From NCBI GenBank assembly GCA_963663495.1, contig OY760427.1, positions 62,080-126,079 on the forward strand: a stretch of 64,000 nucleotides of DNA, written 5' to 3'. Shown in pieces: positions 49,030 to 59,100 of the stretch; positions within the stretch are counted from its first letter, which is position 1; each line of letters begins with the position of its first letter. The DNA comes from Rhodothermales bacterium. GTDB lineage: Bacteria > Bacteroidota > Rhodothermia > Rhodothermales > Bin80. Both the position numbers and the translations under genes were made by a program. The notes beneath the pieces were generated by a model that saw nothing but the letters and a program-made list of their open reading frames with translations, searched no databases and was not told where the DNA came from.

Positions 49030-49530
49030 TCTTTTTCGGGGGTTTTTCAGTTTCTACATGCTGCGGCAATATGTGCGCCCACGGCGAACAAGAAAGGGAC
49101 TGGAACCTCCTCATTGGTTATCTTCAAGTCTGATAAAAACGGAGAACAGAGGAGGTATCCATGTCCCTGTTCTCCGAGTTAAGCGGTTATTGGATTAGTT
49201 GCCAGCAGGAGCTTTTCCGTGGATGGAGGAAACGCTTGGTTCATTGGAGGGGCGTCACAAGAAGCTTCTATCGATTCTGGAGATGGTGCCTATTGAGCAA
49301 TTCTTAGTGCGCCAGGCTAACTCTGCCCAGTACTCACAAGAGTGACTTGACAACGGGCGCATTCAGGGCATCCGAAAGGCATGGCAAAGCGTCTTGCTCG
49401 TGGGTTTTGTTGCAAGTGAAGCGAAGTTCCTTGTAGTGGGTGGCCTGTTGTTGCCATTAACACCAAGTCTCGTGGTGTGTAGCAAGTAAGGTACGTCAAG
49501 GAAGGAACCCGCACGTGGCTGGCACGCACC
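49030..49530 (+). pseudogene. remnant (5' UTR and N-terminus) of a second IS5/IS1182-like element
   Basis: GGACTGGAACCTCC..., TTAAGCGG.T..TGGAT.A..TGCCA.C.GGAGCTTTT.CC and MEETLGSLEGRHKKLLSILEMVPIEQFL parallel the 5' end of the element at 27545-29334. It decays after about 30 codons. Confidence 0.6.
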
Positions 49531-49597
49531 GAGGGCGTGCGCCTTGGGCGGTGGAAGGGGAACGAAGCAACCGAGACTGCGGAGCGTACGGGTACCG

Positions 49598-51728
49598 CTA
49601 TGGCGGCGAACGCTCTACCCGGTCATAGAATGTTAATTCTTCATAGGCGATCGCTCGCATCTGCAGCCTTGCGTAGCCGCGCCACAGGATGGTGTGCCCC
49701 GGCGGCGGGTCATGCTTGCGGTTCATGTAGCCGCCCATCATCGCCACCAGCACGATCGCCGAAGCCAGATCTGTGTGTGCGGCAAGACTATAGTTGCGGG
49801 CATAGACCCGCATCATGTGCAGCTCTGCATCGGTGAACATCACCTCCGCTTCCATGTCGGCGGATACACGCCCCAACAAGGTCATCAGCATGATCCGCCA
49901 GGCTGTGACCATGTACAGTGTAATCGCCCGATGCAAGGCGTCCGCCTGCTGCATGCGCAGCTTCTCTATACGGCAGCCGCTCTTGAGAATCCGGAAGATG
50001 TCCTCTACACGCCAGCGCAGCGTGTAGTTTTCCACCATCTGCTTCGCTTCCTCCACGGTCGTCACCTCCACCGTGGTCAAAAGATACCACTCGATGCGAT
50101 CGGCGCCGTCCGGCGGCGCGGTCTCACGCATGTGGATCGCCGATACCGTTACCGGAGCTTCTGTAGAACCCTTCGGCGAAGGCAGCCTCACCCGGCGAAA
50201 ACGCAATTCCATCCGCGCCGTACGCGCTTCGCGGCCTTTGTACGTAACCCGACCCGACTTCGCCCGACGACTCAGACGCGTCACCGACAGCTCCAGCACA
50301 TCCGCTGCCGGCCCCTTACGCATCGCCTTGAATAGCCGATCCTGGTCCTTGCCCAGTCTCCGGTTATGCTTGGCCCGCACCAATACCTGCGTCCGCTTCA
50401 GCGTACGCTGCGCCGCAAAGAGCGCAAATATGTCCGCCTCCCGGTCCATCACGCACAGCACGCGTGTCTTGCGCGGCAGCGTCTCTGCAGCCTTGTCTAT
50501 GTCACGCAGCCCGTGTATCCATTGATGCGTCTTCGTTTCCTTTTCCTTCTTCCTGTACGCACAACACCGTATCCTGCGTACGCATCCGCTCGATCGTACG
50601 CTGACGGTGGGGCGCCAACATCTTCGCCGGCGTGATCCCGAACTGGTCCGCCTTCTCTATAAACCGCCAGTAGCCCCGTACCGCCGCAGGATCTCGCTCT
50701 GGTGTCGCCGTCACAGGCTTTCCCATCGCGTTGGCCACCAATGCGGCGCTCTTGACCAAACGGACGCTACGTCGCACATCTCCCAGCTCCGCAGCACCAA
50801 ACTCCTGCTGTGCCCACGTGGCTCTGCACAGCCCGGCGCCCACCTCCAGCCGGGGCCGCAATTCCACATCCGACACGCCCAGAAGCGTGCGCCACGCAGG
50901 CTCCAACTCATAGACCAATACCTTCTTCCGGGAAACCTGACCAGCACCGTTGGGAGCATGCCGGCCCCGCCCCTGGGTAACACCCAAATATCGGAAACCC
51001 ACCGCCCGAAAACACGTCCCTGTATGGTCCGGCCCCACAAACGTCTCCACGATGTACGGCACATAATCGTAGCGTTCCTCGAAATCGGAAACCAGACGCC
51101 GCAACACGCGACCCAGAGCGTAACTCGCCAGATTCTTGCACTGCACACCCGGACGAATCAGAAAACGGCTCAGGTTTACTATGCGGTGAAGCTGAGCACC
51201 TCGCTGCTCGTGGCTCCAGACCATCCACGCGTCCCGAGGCTTCAGATACAGGGCGGCGGCAGAAAAACCGACCGCACCCAGATAACCGTGTGCGCTCGTG
51301 ATCAGATAGCGCAACTGCGCCCCCGCAAACGTGGTCACCCCCTGCGGATGCTCCCGGTCCATGAGCGTGTTCCAGATGGCACGATCCTGCCTGCTCTCGA
51401 CCAGAACGATCTCCAAGTCCTCAATCTGGCGCACATCTTCGGGCATGTCCACCGCCTCCGATACCGGAGCATCCAACAGCCGGGGGCGGGAAACCGGAAC
51501 AGCACACTGCGGTGGTGGCAATGTAATCCGCCCTTCGGCTTCCAGCACCCGCAACGCCTTCATACACGTTGCCCGCTGCTCGCGGCCACGTGCATCAAAA
51601 AAGCCGAACTGCTCACACACCAAGACCCCGAGAGCCGACCGACTCTTGCCCTGGTGTGCCGCCACTGTTGCCGACAGGGTCGGCAACGCGCTGCGAAGCG
51701 TTGTCAGAATCCCACGCTGTGCCTCCAT
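49598..51728 (-). pseudogene. DUF4338 + Tn5-like (IS4-family) transposase, disrupted between the first and second catalytic Asp
   Basis: The N-terminal ORF has RIVNLSRFLIRPGVQCKNLASYALGRVLRRL...PYIVETFVGPDHTGTCFRAVGFRYLGVTQGRGR (DUF4338-like). The C-terminal ORF has MDREADIF...YTLRWRVEDIFRILKSGCRIEKL (Tn5-type YREK region). Only about 37 codons separate VLCVQ from DREAD, and the frame changes. Confidence 0.72.
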
Positions 51729-52092
51729 ACCGGTAACCTAAGCGGTATGGAGGCATTGTCAAGTCTTATTTGTGGCGATAGGGCAGGCCTAGCTCCAGAA
51801 ACCGACCAGATCATGCACACCAGACCCTCCGACGATATTGATGAGGGGGTTGTCCAATTATGAATTCTATGGCGACTCGTGAGTACAATGCCTAGGCTAC
51901 ACATCTGTTCTCGCCCCAAGTGCTGAATTCAACTGCTGCGACGCAATCTCTTAACATTCTTCTTTATGGGTCGGAGGAGTTGAATCGCGCCATCATATGG
52001 CACTCATGGCTGCCATACTGGCGGTATACGCAAATGGCATGATTATTGTGTAGAAGTGTTCTAGTATCACACAAACAAACAGTGTAGAGCAA

Positions 52093-52302
52093 ATGAAAAA
52101 AGCGATATTCCAGATGTTCCAGTCAAAGAAGGCCATCGCTATGTTGGTCGGATTAGTTGTGGCAGTTGGCGGCCACTTGGGGTTAAACCTTGATCCAGAT
52201 GCCTTGACAACAATTCTTGCACCGGTTCTGGCCTACATCGTGGGCCAAGGCGTAGCGGATCACGGAAAAGAAAAGGCCCGAATGGAAAAAACCGACGCCT
52301 GA
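52093..52302 (+). CDS. 69-aa two-helix membrane protein, function unknown
   Basis: KKAIAMLVGLVVAVGG and ILAPVLAYIVGQGV hydrophobic segments. ATG with an upstream purine-rich stretch. Confidence 0.4.
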   Translation: MKKAIFQMFQSKKAIAMLVGLVVAVGGHLGLNLDPDALTTILAPVLAYIVGQGVADHGKEKARMEKTDA

Positions 52303-52699
52303 CAAGCAAAATCTTCAGAGGCGGCGCTATAGTCAGGCCGGCGCAATTCCGCAACACTCATAGCCAACTGTTGTTAGGAAGGGTATAATCATATTACGTC
52401 CTTAAGCAGTGGCTGTAAATGCGATTTAAGTAGCGCTTGCCAGAAGATGCAATTTTCGACTGAGTTGGACTCAGGGATGAGAATTGTGTGCTCATGTGTC
52501 AGGTCAATGCGGGGTTTGTGCGCATTGACGGGGTCTATTCTGGCGTTGGGAGCCCAAAGTCTTGGTGTCACGGTGCCCATGAGCGACGGGAGGAGATAGG
52601 TTGCCCCCGCCCGCAACAGGTTACTTGAATTTGCAGCTAAGTTCGGTTGAAGGAGCCGCTACGCCGCGCGCTTGCGGGCGGCATGCCATCGTATTTTTC

Positions 52700-53172
52700 G
52701 CCTCTCCTTCGCTCGCAGTATCAGCCCAAGGCGGTGCATGTTGGCCGTTACTATTACCAGGGCGACAGTTCGGACAAATCCTTCCTCGCCATGGGTTCGA
52801 ATCAGAGATAGCCCCCGCTGATTATCCCGGTAGGGACCCGGGTTTCCCCGGGCCCCCGGACAGATCCACGCATGCGCGCTAACGCATGTGGCTCCTCGTT
52901 CGGGTCGCACCGACGTGCGGGACGGAAAATCGCGTAGCGGGCCATGGGTGTCTGATCTGCAGCTTTGGCCAATGTCGTGCAGCGAGCTTGTCCATCGTCT
53001 CCCACGTTGTACGGTCCCGTTGGGATCGTCGTCGAAGAAGGCGCATCCATATCCAATTAAACCGCCTGTAGCCCATGTCCCGCGACAGCAGGTCGTGCAA
53101 GCGTATCAGCGATCCGACCTTCTAAAGCGCCGAGCCGAAGTGCTCCAGGCGTGGAGCAACTACATCACATAG
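52700..53172 (+). pseudogene. decayed C-terminal fragment of a P4-type tyrosine integrase
   Basis: Frame-hopping pieces ...HGCLICSFGQC.. (HG.RS.FR.W-like) and ...AHVPRQQVVQAYQRSDLLKRRAEVLQAWSNYI*, which is a typical integrase C-terminus. Confidence 0.5.
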
Positions 53173-53206
53173 CGAAACGCCGCCTACCGGTGGCGCCCAA
53201 TCCCCT

Positions 53207-54469
53207 TCACTCGGAACCCTCGGTTCCCAATAGCCTCTTGATTCGCTTGACCAAGCGCGTCCTTCTCGCACGGTAAAACTCGCCGAACCCGGTCATTTCT
53301 TCGGGCACGGAGCCCAGCAGGTGATCGCGAACATGCGACCTTCGCCTGCTTTCGTCAGGATACGCCCGAGCCAACCATTCAAGCGGCATGGTTGCACTCT
53401 TCTCAGTGTTCACCGGGCCCGGCAAGAGTTGGAGGTTGCCGAGTCGATCCGCTCGCTCGCGGAATCCTTCGATCTGCTCCTCGGCGATATGCGCATCTCG
53501 CAGCTTGGACGTGCTGAACTTCGCGAACGGGAAGATGTGGTCCACATGAAACAGCTTCCCCGGATCCACGAAGGGGAAGATGAGCGAGAGAAGAGCGAAC
53601 GCTCGTGAACTGAAATAATCCGTGTCCGCCAGTTCTTCGACTTCCTCATCGTTGAACACGAGTTCCCGTCCCCGACGGGCCATCTCCTCGCCAAGCCGGG
53701 CGGCGGGGAACCCCTGGGTCGCGTCTTCGCGGATCACCTTCCTCAGCGCCGTGAGCAAGGTGTCGAGGCCACTCCCCCAGACACCGCCCTTCAGCAGGCT
53801 GCGGATCAGCCACCCTCGAATCCTCTCCCGGTCGTCCTCATGCCTGCTGTGACTGAGGAATGACTCCGCATGCTTGTTCCGGTGCAGATAGTAGGCGATG
53901 GGCAGAATGGCGTTGTGCGCGGTTAGCGTTGCCCGGCTAAGACCGAAGCCCGCGACCAACTGCACTGTCAACGTCAGCGCCGACTTGACGGACGTCCACT
54001 GCTCCTCGAGAACCTCCATGTTCTTGCGATTGAAGTTGTCTACCTTGAATCCCACGCTCCCGATGTCGCTCAACATCAGCCCAGCCTTGAGGACTAGGTC
54101 CTTCGAGAAGGTGAACCCCAATCCGATCCGGTTGAGCGCGTCGACGAGTTTGTGAATCTCCTCACGCGCATCGTGCGTGTTCCATTGCGCCACGGCGATC
54201 GACAGCAGCAGGTCGGAGTGAGAGAGGGGGGTGCCGCCGTCATTCATGCGAATGAAGATCTGGACGACATCGTCCATTATCTGTCTCCGCTCTTCGTAGT
54301 ACGCCACCATGTGCTCCTTGCGAATCACGCTGTGAAGCCGGTCGAGTGTCTGATAGGCATCGTCCACGAACCGCTGGTCGAGGTGCCTGTTCAGCCACCG
54401 CACCATCGGCGGACCACCGTCCATCGACAACACATCCCTCACGGGGAACCAGCATTCGGCACCGTTGCC
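53207..54469 (-). pseudogene. GmrSD-like (DUF262/DUF1524) type IV restriction-type nuclease, 5'-truncated by IS1380 copy C
   Basis: IFIRMNDGGTPLSHSDLLLS (end of DUF262). C-terminal HVDHIFPFAKF...NLQLLPGPVNTEKSA (DUF1524 His-Me finger-like). The reading frame runs open into the IS boundary at 54470. Confidence 0.68.
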
Positions 54470-56334
54470 CCTCCCTTATTCATGAGGGAGTTAAGTGGCG
54501 GGGAATCGTCGTTTAATATTATGGTGTAATATGTTGACTATACACGGTTTGAATGGGATCCTGTGCGACGCTCAAACGTTCAGAAACCCCAATACCCATT
54601 CACCCTGTAAAACACCCGATGCAAGATCCCAAGTCCAACCTTCTGTTCGCTTGCCAGTTCAATAAATCCGTTAAAGTTGTACGCTCCAAGACCGATAATC
54701 TAACATCGGATGCCGGCGTCATTCCTATGCGCCTGCTCATGGTGATCAGCACCTTGGCATGCCGACTCGCTTCCGTGCTTAAGGACAATCGGTCCCAAGC
54801 TCGGATTACGCATAGCCTTGAGGAGTTAGTGCGGCAGTTACTGCTGCAACATGTGCAGGGGTGGGGACGTCAGTCAGATGCGGACAAGCTTCGCAGGGAC
54901 CCCGCCATGCGCGTGGCCACTTCTTCCAAAAGGGGTATGAGGGCATTACAGGACGATAGGTCCCTGGCATCCCAGCCAACCATGTCTCGCTTCGTGCACA
55001 TGTTGGCCGGGAAAAAGAATTTCAAGAAGTTGCGCCTTTTTGCAGAGACATTCGCCATGGAGCACCTGCTGCAGCGTGGTGGCGGGAAGCGCCGCCCCGA
55101 GGTGGTCTTTGATGTGGACGGTGTACCGGTAGATACGCATGGCAAGCAGCAGGGCAGCAAGTGGAACGGATATTACAAGCGCACCATCTTTCTGCCCCTT
55201 ATCGCCATATGCGGTGAGTCGGGCGACATGTTGGGGGCGGAATTGCGAGGGGGCACGCAGAATGTGGTGAAGGACTGCTACGGTTTCATTCGACGCATTG
55301 GGCTGGCATTGCGTGAACATGTGGCCGACAAGGTCATTGTCCGATTGGACGCAGGCTTCAACAGTGGCGAGTTATGTGATAAGCTGGAGAACGACCGTAT
55401 CGGCTATGCGTCTGAAAGGGAACGATGTGATTGACGGGCTTGCGGCGCCTCATTTGGAGGGTGATCAGCCGTCGGACGAATGCTACCACGAACTGCGCTA
55501 CCGTGCAAAGTGCTGGTCCGTAGAGCGTCGTGTGGTGCTCGTGGTTGTTCCGGTGCCGGGAGAGCTTTTTCCGCGGCATTTCTATCTGATCACCGATCTG
55601 GATGTAGAAGCCTATCCGGCAGAGCAGCTTGTGAATCTGTACCGGAAGAGAGGAAAGGCGGAAAAGCACTTCGGGGAGCTGAATGCGGCTTGCTCCATGG
55701 CGCTGTCGTCGGTTCTCCGTCCGAAGACACACTATAAGGGCCGGCCTGTAGTGCGGGTGCCTGATGAGTCGGAACAGGATGGGTCGGAACAGGATGCCGA
55801 GATCCGAGCCGAGAACGAGGTCCTGCTACAGGTATACCTTCTAACTTATCAGCTCATGCATGTGGGGCGCTGCCTTATGCGGGAGCCTGACGAATCCCAG
55901 ATAAGTCTGAGCACCTATCGCGAGCGTGTACTCAAGGTGGGGGCCCGCTTCGTACAACACGCGCGCAACATCGTTATCCACATTGCCGCCAGCGCAGATG
56001 CTGCATTGGAGCAATTTTGGCTACGTTATTGTCAACTCACATGGATCACGCTTCCCATGAAGAGCTAGCTAAGTCAAATTTGTGCCTGCGCTCCAACACC
56101 GCAGGCGCCCAACGCGGAAAGCGGAAAGAGAAGGTAGGCAGAGGTGTGTCTACCCGACAGACGTCTTCCCAAAATCTCGGTAATGTGACCGCTATCGAGT
56201 CGGGAAAAGGGCCTAAACTGGTGTTTTCAGCCCCTCTCATGGTCGTCCCTACGCATGAACAACGCACAATCGGTCCTGCAGGTACCGAAACAGCACTTTT
56301 AGACCCGAACAGGGTACATCATGAATATTGCAGG
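54470..56334 (+). mobile_element. IS1380-family element, copy C (1865 bp, frameshifted)
   Basis: Same ends as copy B. Relative to copy B it has a 4-nt deletion near 55405 and a 15-nt tandem duplication (GGTCGGAACAGGATG) near 55775. Confidence 0.88.
54553..56068 (+). pseudogene. IS1380-family transposase, frameshifted
   Basis: ORFs 54553..55434 and 55298..56068 together cover the 501-aa protein of copy B. Confidence 0.88.
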
Positions 56335-56984
56335 TTGGTATCCGGTTGTCTGATAATGCTTGTATCGCCCTCTGTGGAGACCATAGCGATCTGCCCGCAA
56401 TTACGGTCAATGCCTACAGCACTGCCGGTATCCTCTATTACAGGTGCCTCAATCTTGTAGCAGATGACAGCATACCCTCTGCCGGCGTTCTTCTTTACAG
56501 TGGCTTTGATGGGTATACCATCAGGGTACGGGTTGCCTCCCCGCCTGCGGAGCGCCATATATCCCACTTTCGGGATATACAGCTTGCCATCCCGAACCCT
56601 TACGTTATCCGGGATCGTGAACGAAGGCGTACTACCACGTCTGGAATGGAATCTCGGTCTTCTCTTACCTTCCTTGAAGAATGCCTTCCATGCATCCGCC
56701 TGATATTTCAATGTGTATCTAACGACACCAAAGGAGTATTCAGGTAGCCACTCGACCGTACGGCGCAGTGCCGTGAACCGCTTCCCCAGCGAGAAGAAGC
56801 TTACCGAGGGCGGCTTCTCTCCAGCCTCTTTCGCTTTCTTGTAGGCCTCGCTCTGCTCTGCGAGGATGGCATTCCACACAAACCTACACGCACCCGCTAA
56901 TCCAGCAAGTTGCTTGGCGTTACTTCGACTTCCGGGCAACAGCCTGTATGTAATATTGCGGTATGCACTAACCGTTTCGGGCAT
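56335..56984 (-). pseudogene. tnpB: tnpB copy 2, N-terminal part
   Basis: MPETVSAYRNITYRLLPGSRSN...IIRQPDT, near-identical to 16043-16692. It is cut at the right end of IS1380 copy C. Confidence 0.9.
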
Positions 56985-57219
56985 GGCACTGTGATATATA
57001 ACTCCCTAATATATGAAAATTATATTCCACGCGTACCCACGTGTTGAGTTATTTGAAATAATTGCATTGTTTTCGTGAAAAGCGGGAACCGATTATGAAC
57101 AACTGGCGAAAGCCATCCTGTCTGCACCACCAAAGCACAATAAGTAACTCCTGCGAAAACGCGTGGCACTCAGCCATATAACTCCCGTTATTTTCTATTG
57201 ATTAGCCTTGGGTGGCAAC

Positions 57220-57678
57220 ATGAAAATAGTCGTGAGCGCTGATGAGCATCTTCCGCTGGTAGATATGATCCTTGGTGAGTTGCACAGGAGGGGCCATGAA
57301 ATACGGTACTTCGGACCAAAATGCGGCGAGCCAGCGCAGGACTGGCCGGTGGTGACCAGAGAGGCAGTGCAGTGCGTGGGCTCCGGCTCCGCAAGTCAGG
57401 CCATTGTTCTCTGCTGGACAGGTACCGGTTGTTCCATTGTTGCCAACAAGATTCCCGGGATCCGGGCTGCGCTCTGCTCTGATGCCGAGACGGCACGCGG
57501 TGCGCGGCGCTGGAACGACGCTAACGTGTTGGCGCTGAGCCTGCGGGCTACTTCTGAGGCAGTCTTGAAGGAGATCCTAGATCAGTGGTTCTCAACGGAA
57601 CCGGATGCCGATGACTGGAACAGGGTGCAGCTTCAGCGCCTGGCGGTCATGGATACCAACGTGCCTCCACAGCCGTAA
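57220..57678 (+). CDS. rpiB: ribose-5-phosphate isomerase B
   Basis: MKIVVSADEH...CWTGTGCSIVANK...ARRWNDANVLAL, the LacAB/RpiB pattern. Confidence 0.85.
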   Translation: MKIVVSADEHLPLVDMILGELHRRGHEIRYFGPKCGEPAQDWPVVTREAVQCVGSGSASQAIVLCWTGTGCSIVANKIPGIRAALCSDAETARGARRWNDANVLALSLRATSEAVLKEILDQWFSTEPDADDWNRVQLQRLAVMDTNVPPQP

Positions 57679-58959
57679 TCAGCCACTGTCCCGGGCGGCG
57701 GCTGTCCCCTCCAGTTCGTTTACCCGCTGCAGCAGAAAGAATCCAGTAACCAGAAAGAGCAGGATCGTAGCCATCCCGGCCCGCTGGCTGGCAAACAATA
57801 ATGTGGTCTGGCCAAGAAGGAGTGGTCCGAGGAAGGATGTGGCCTTGCCGGAAAAGGCAAAGAAACCGTAGAATTCGTTTTGACGGGAAGGAGGTGTAAA
57901 GCGCCCGAGAAGCGATCGGCTGGCGGCCTGGTTTGGTCCAGCCAGGATACCTGCTCCCATTCCGGCTACCCAGAAGAGTGCTACGCTGGTTGCGGTCACG
58001 GCCAACACCGCACACAATGTAAGGCCGACCAGGGATACCCCGATCGTCCATTTTCCGCCCATCCGATCGTCAAGATATCCAAAGGCGAGGGCGCCAATAC
58101 CTGCCGCTACGTTGATGCCGATACCAAAGATGATAACCTCCTCGGTAGTGAAGCCGAATGTGCCTTGAGCGTAGATGCCTCCGAAGGCGAAGACAGTTAT
58201 CAGTCCGTCGTTGTAGATGAGGCGCGCCACCAAAAGCCGCAGCACTTGACGGTACCGCGTGCGGATTTCAGTGAAGGTCTCGCGAAGCTGCCGGTTGGCC
58301 ATTTTCAGCACGGACCTGTCGCCTGGGGAAGGCGCGCGGGAAGCCCGTACCCAGAGAAACATGGGCACGGAAAACAGACCGAACCACGCGGCCACCAATA
58401 GATTGGTGGCACGGATATTGGAGCCATCGGCCGTGCTAAAACCCAAAATCGGTGTCTCGGTCTGAACAAAGCACACCAATGCAATGGCCAGGCACAATAG
58501 ACCACCCACATAGCCCAATCCCCACCCGAATCCGGAAACACGTCCAATGCTTTCGCTCGTTGACAAGTCCGGCAGGTAAGAATTGTAGAACACCAAGCCT
58601 ATCTCAAAGGCGATATTGGTGATGGTAAAGACAATGAGGGCAAACAGCACTTGGCCCGGTCCAGGGAAGTAGAGCACTGTACTGCCTAAGACGGCTACGA
58701 CCGTAGCGGCAAGCAAGAACCGCTTCCGCAGACCGGTGCGGTCTGCAATGGCTCCCATATATGGGGAAAGGAAAGCCACCACGAGCGCTGTCACCGTCAC
58801 AGCCCACGACCACTGTGTCGTCCCCAGTGTTTCGTTCTGTGCGATGGCACGGGTGAAGTACGTTGCGTAGATAAAAGTGACTACCAGCGTCGTGAAGGAC
58901 GAGTTGGCAAAATCGTACAGGGCCCACGAGTGGATAGCCCTTCGTTGTTGTGTCGTCAT
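57679..58959 (-). CDS. MFS transporter (UMF1/Atg22-like family)
   Basis: 426 aa with 12 TM segments. N-terminal WALYDFANSSF motif. Confidence 0.82.
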   Translation of the reverse strand: MTTQQRRAIHSWALYDFANSSFTTLVVTFIYATYFTRAIAQNETLGTTQWSWAVTVTALVVAFLSPYMGAIADRTGLRKRFLLAATVVAVLGSTVLYFPGPGQVLFALIVFTITNIAFEIGLVFYNSYLPDLSTSESIGRVSGFGWGLGYVGGLLCLAIALVCFVQTETPILGFSTADGSNIRATNLLVAAWFGLFSVPMFLWVRASRAPSPGDRSVLKMANRQLRETFTEIRTRYRQVLRLLVARLIYNDGLITVFAFGGIYAQGTFGFTTEEVIIFGIGINVAAGIGALAFGYLDDRMGGKWTIGVSLVGLTLCAVLAVTATSVALFWVAGMGAGILAGPNQAASRSLLGRFTPPSRQNEFYGFFAFSGKATSFLGPLLLGQTTLLFASQRAGMATILLFLVTGFFLLQRVNELEGTAAARDSG

Positions 58960-59100
58960 GTGCGCACGGAATAACCGCGTTGGTAAGGTACGCCCATCCA
59001 GATGACTGTGGGCCGTAGTTGGTCGGGTTTCTGTCTTATCTTCATTCCTTTGTTGCAGGTTGTTCGCTACTTTGGGGAGCCTTCCATCAAGTCTGCACCA

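Larger units (their letters stand above)
45311..56334 (+). mobile_element. 11-kb composite transposon bounded by direct IS1380-family copies B and C, TSD TTGGT
   Basis: TTGGT at 45306-45310 and 56335-56339. The two tnpB halves rejoin exactly once one TTGGT and the insert are removed. Confidence 0.75.
44700..57186 (-). mobile_element. tnpB unit copy 2, interrupted by an 11-kb composite transposon; flanked by the 8-bp TSD GTTATTTT
   Basis: RE tip GGGAATTATATACGTGAG at 44700 and LE tip ...CAGCCATATAACTCCC at 57186. GTTATTTT at 44692-44699 and 57187-57194. Confidence 0.82.

Noticed and set aside
52788-52805. GGGTTCGAATC, resembling a tRNA T-arm, next to the integrase remnant (a possible tRNA-derived att site).
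   Set aside because: The flanking bases (CATGG / AGAGA) cannot form a 5-bp T-stem. No acceptor or anticodon arms can be drawn around it.
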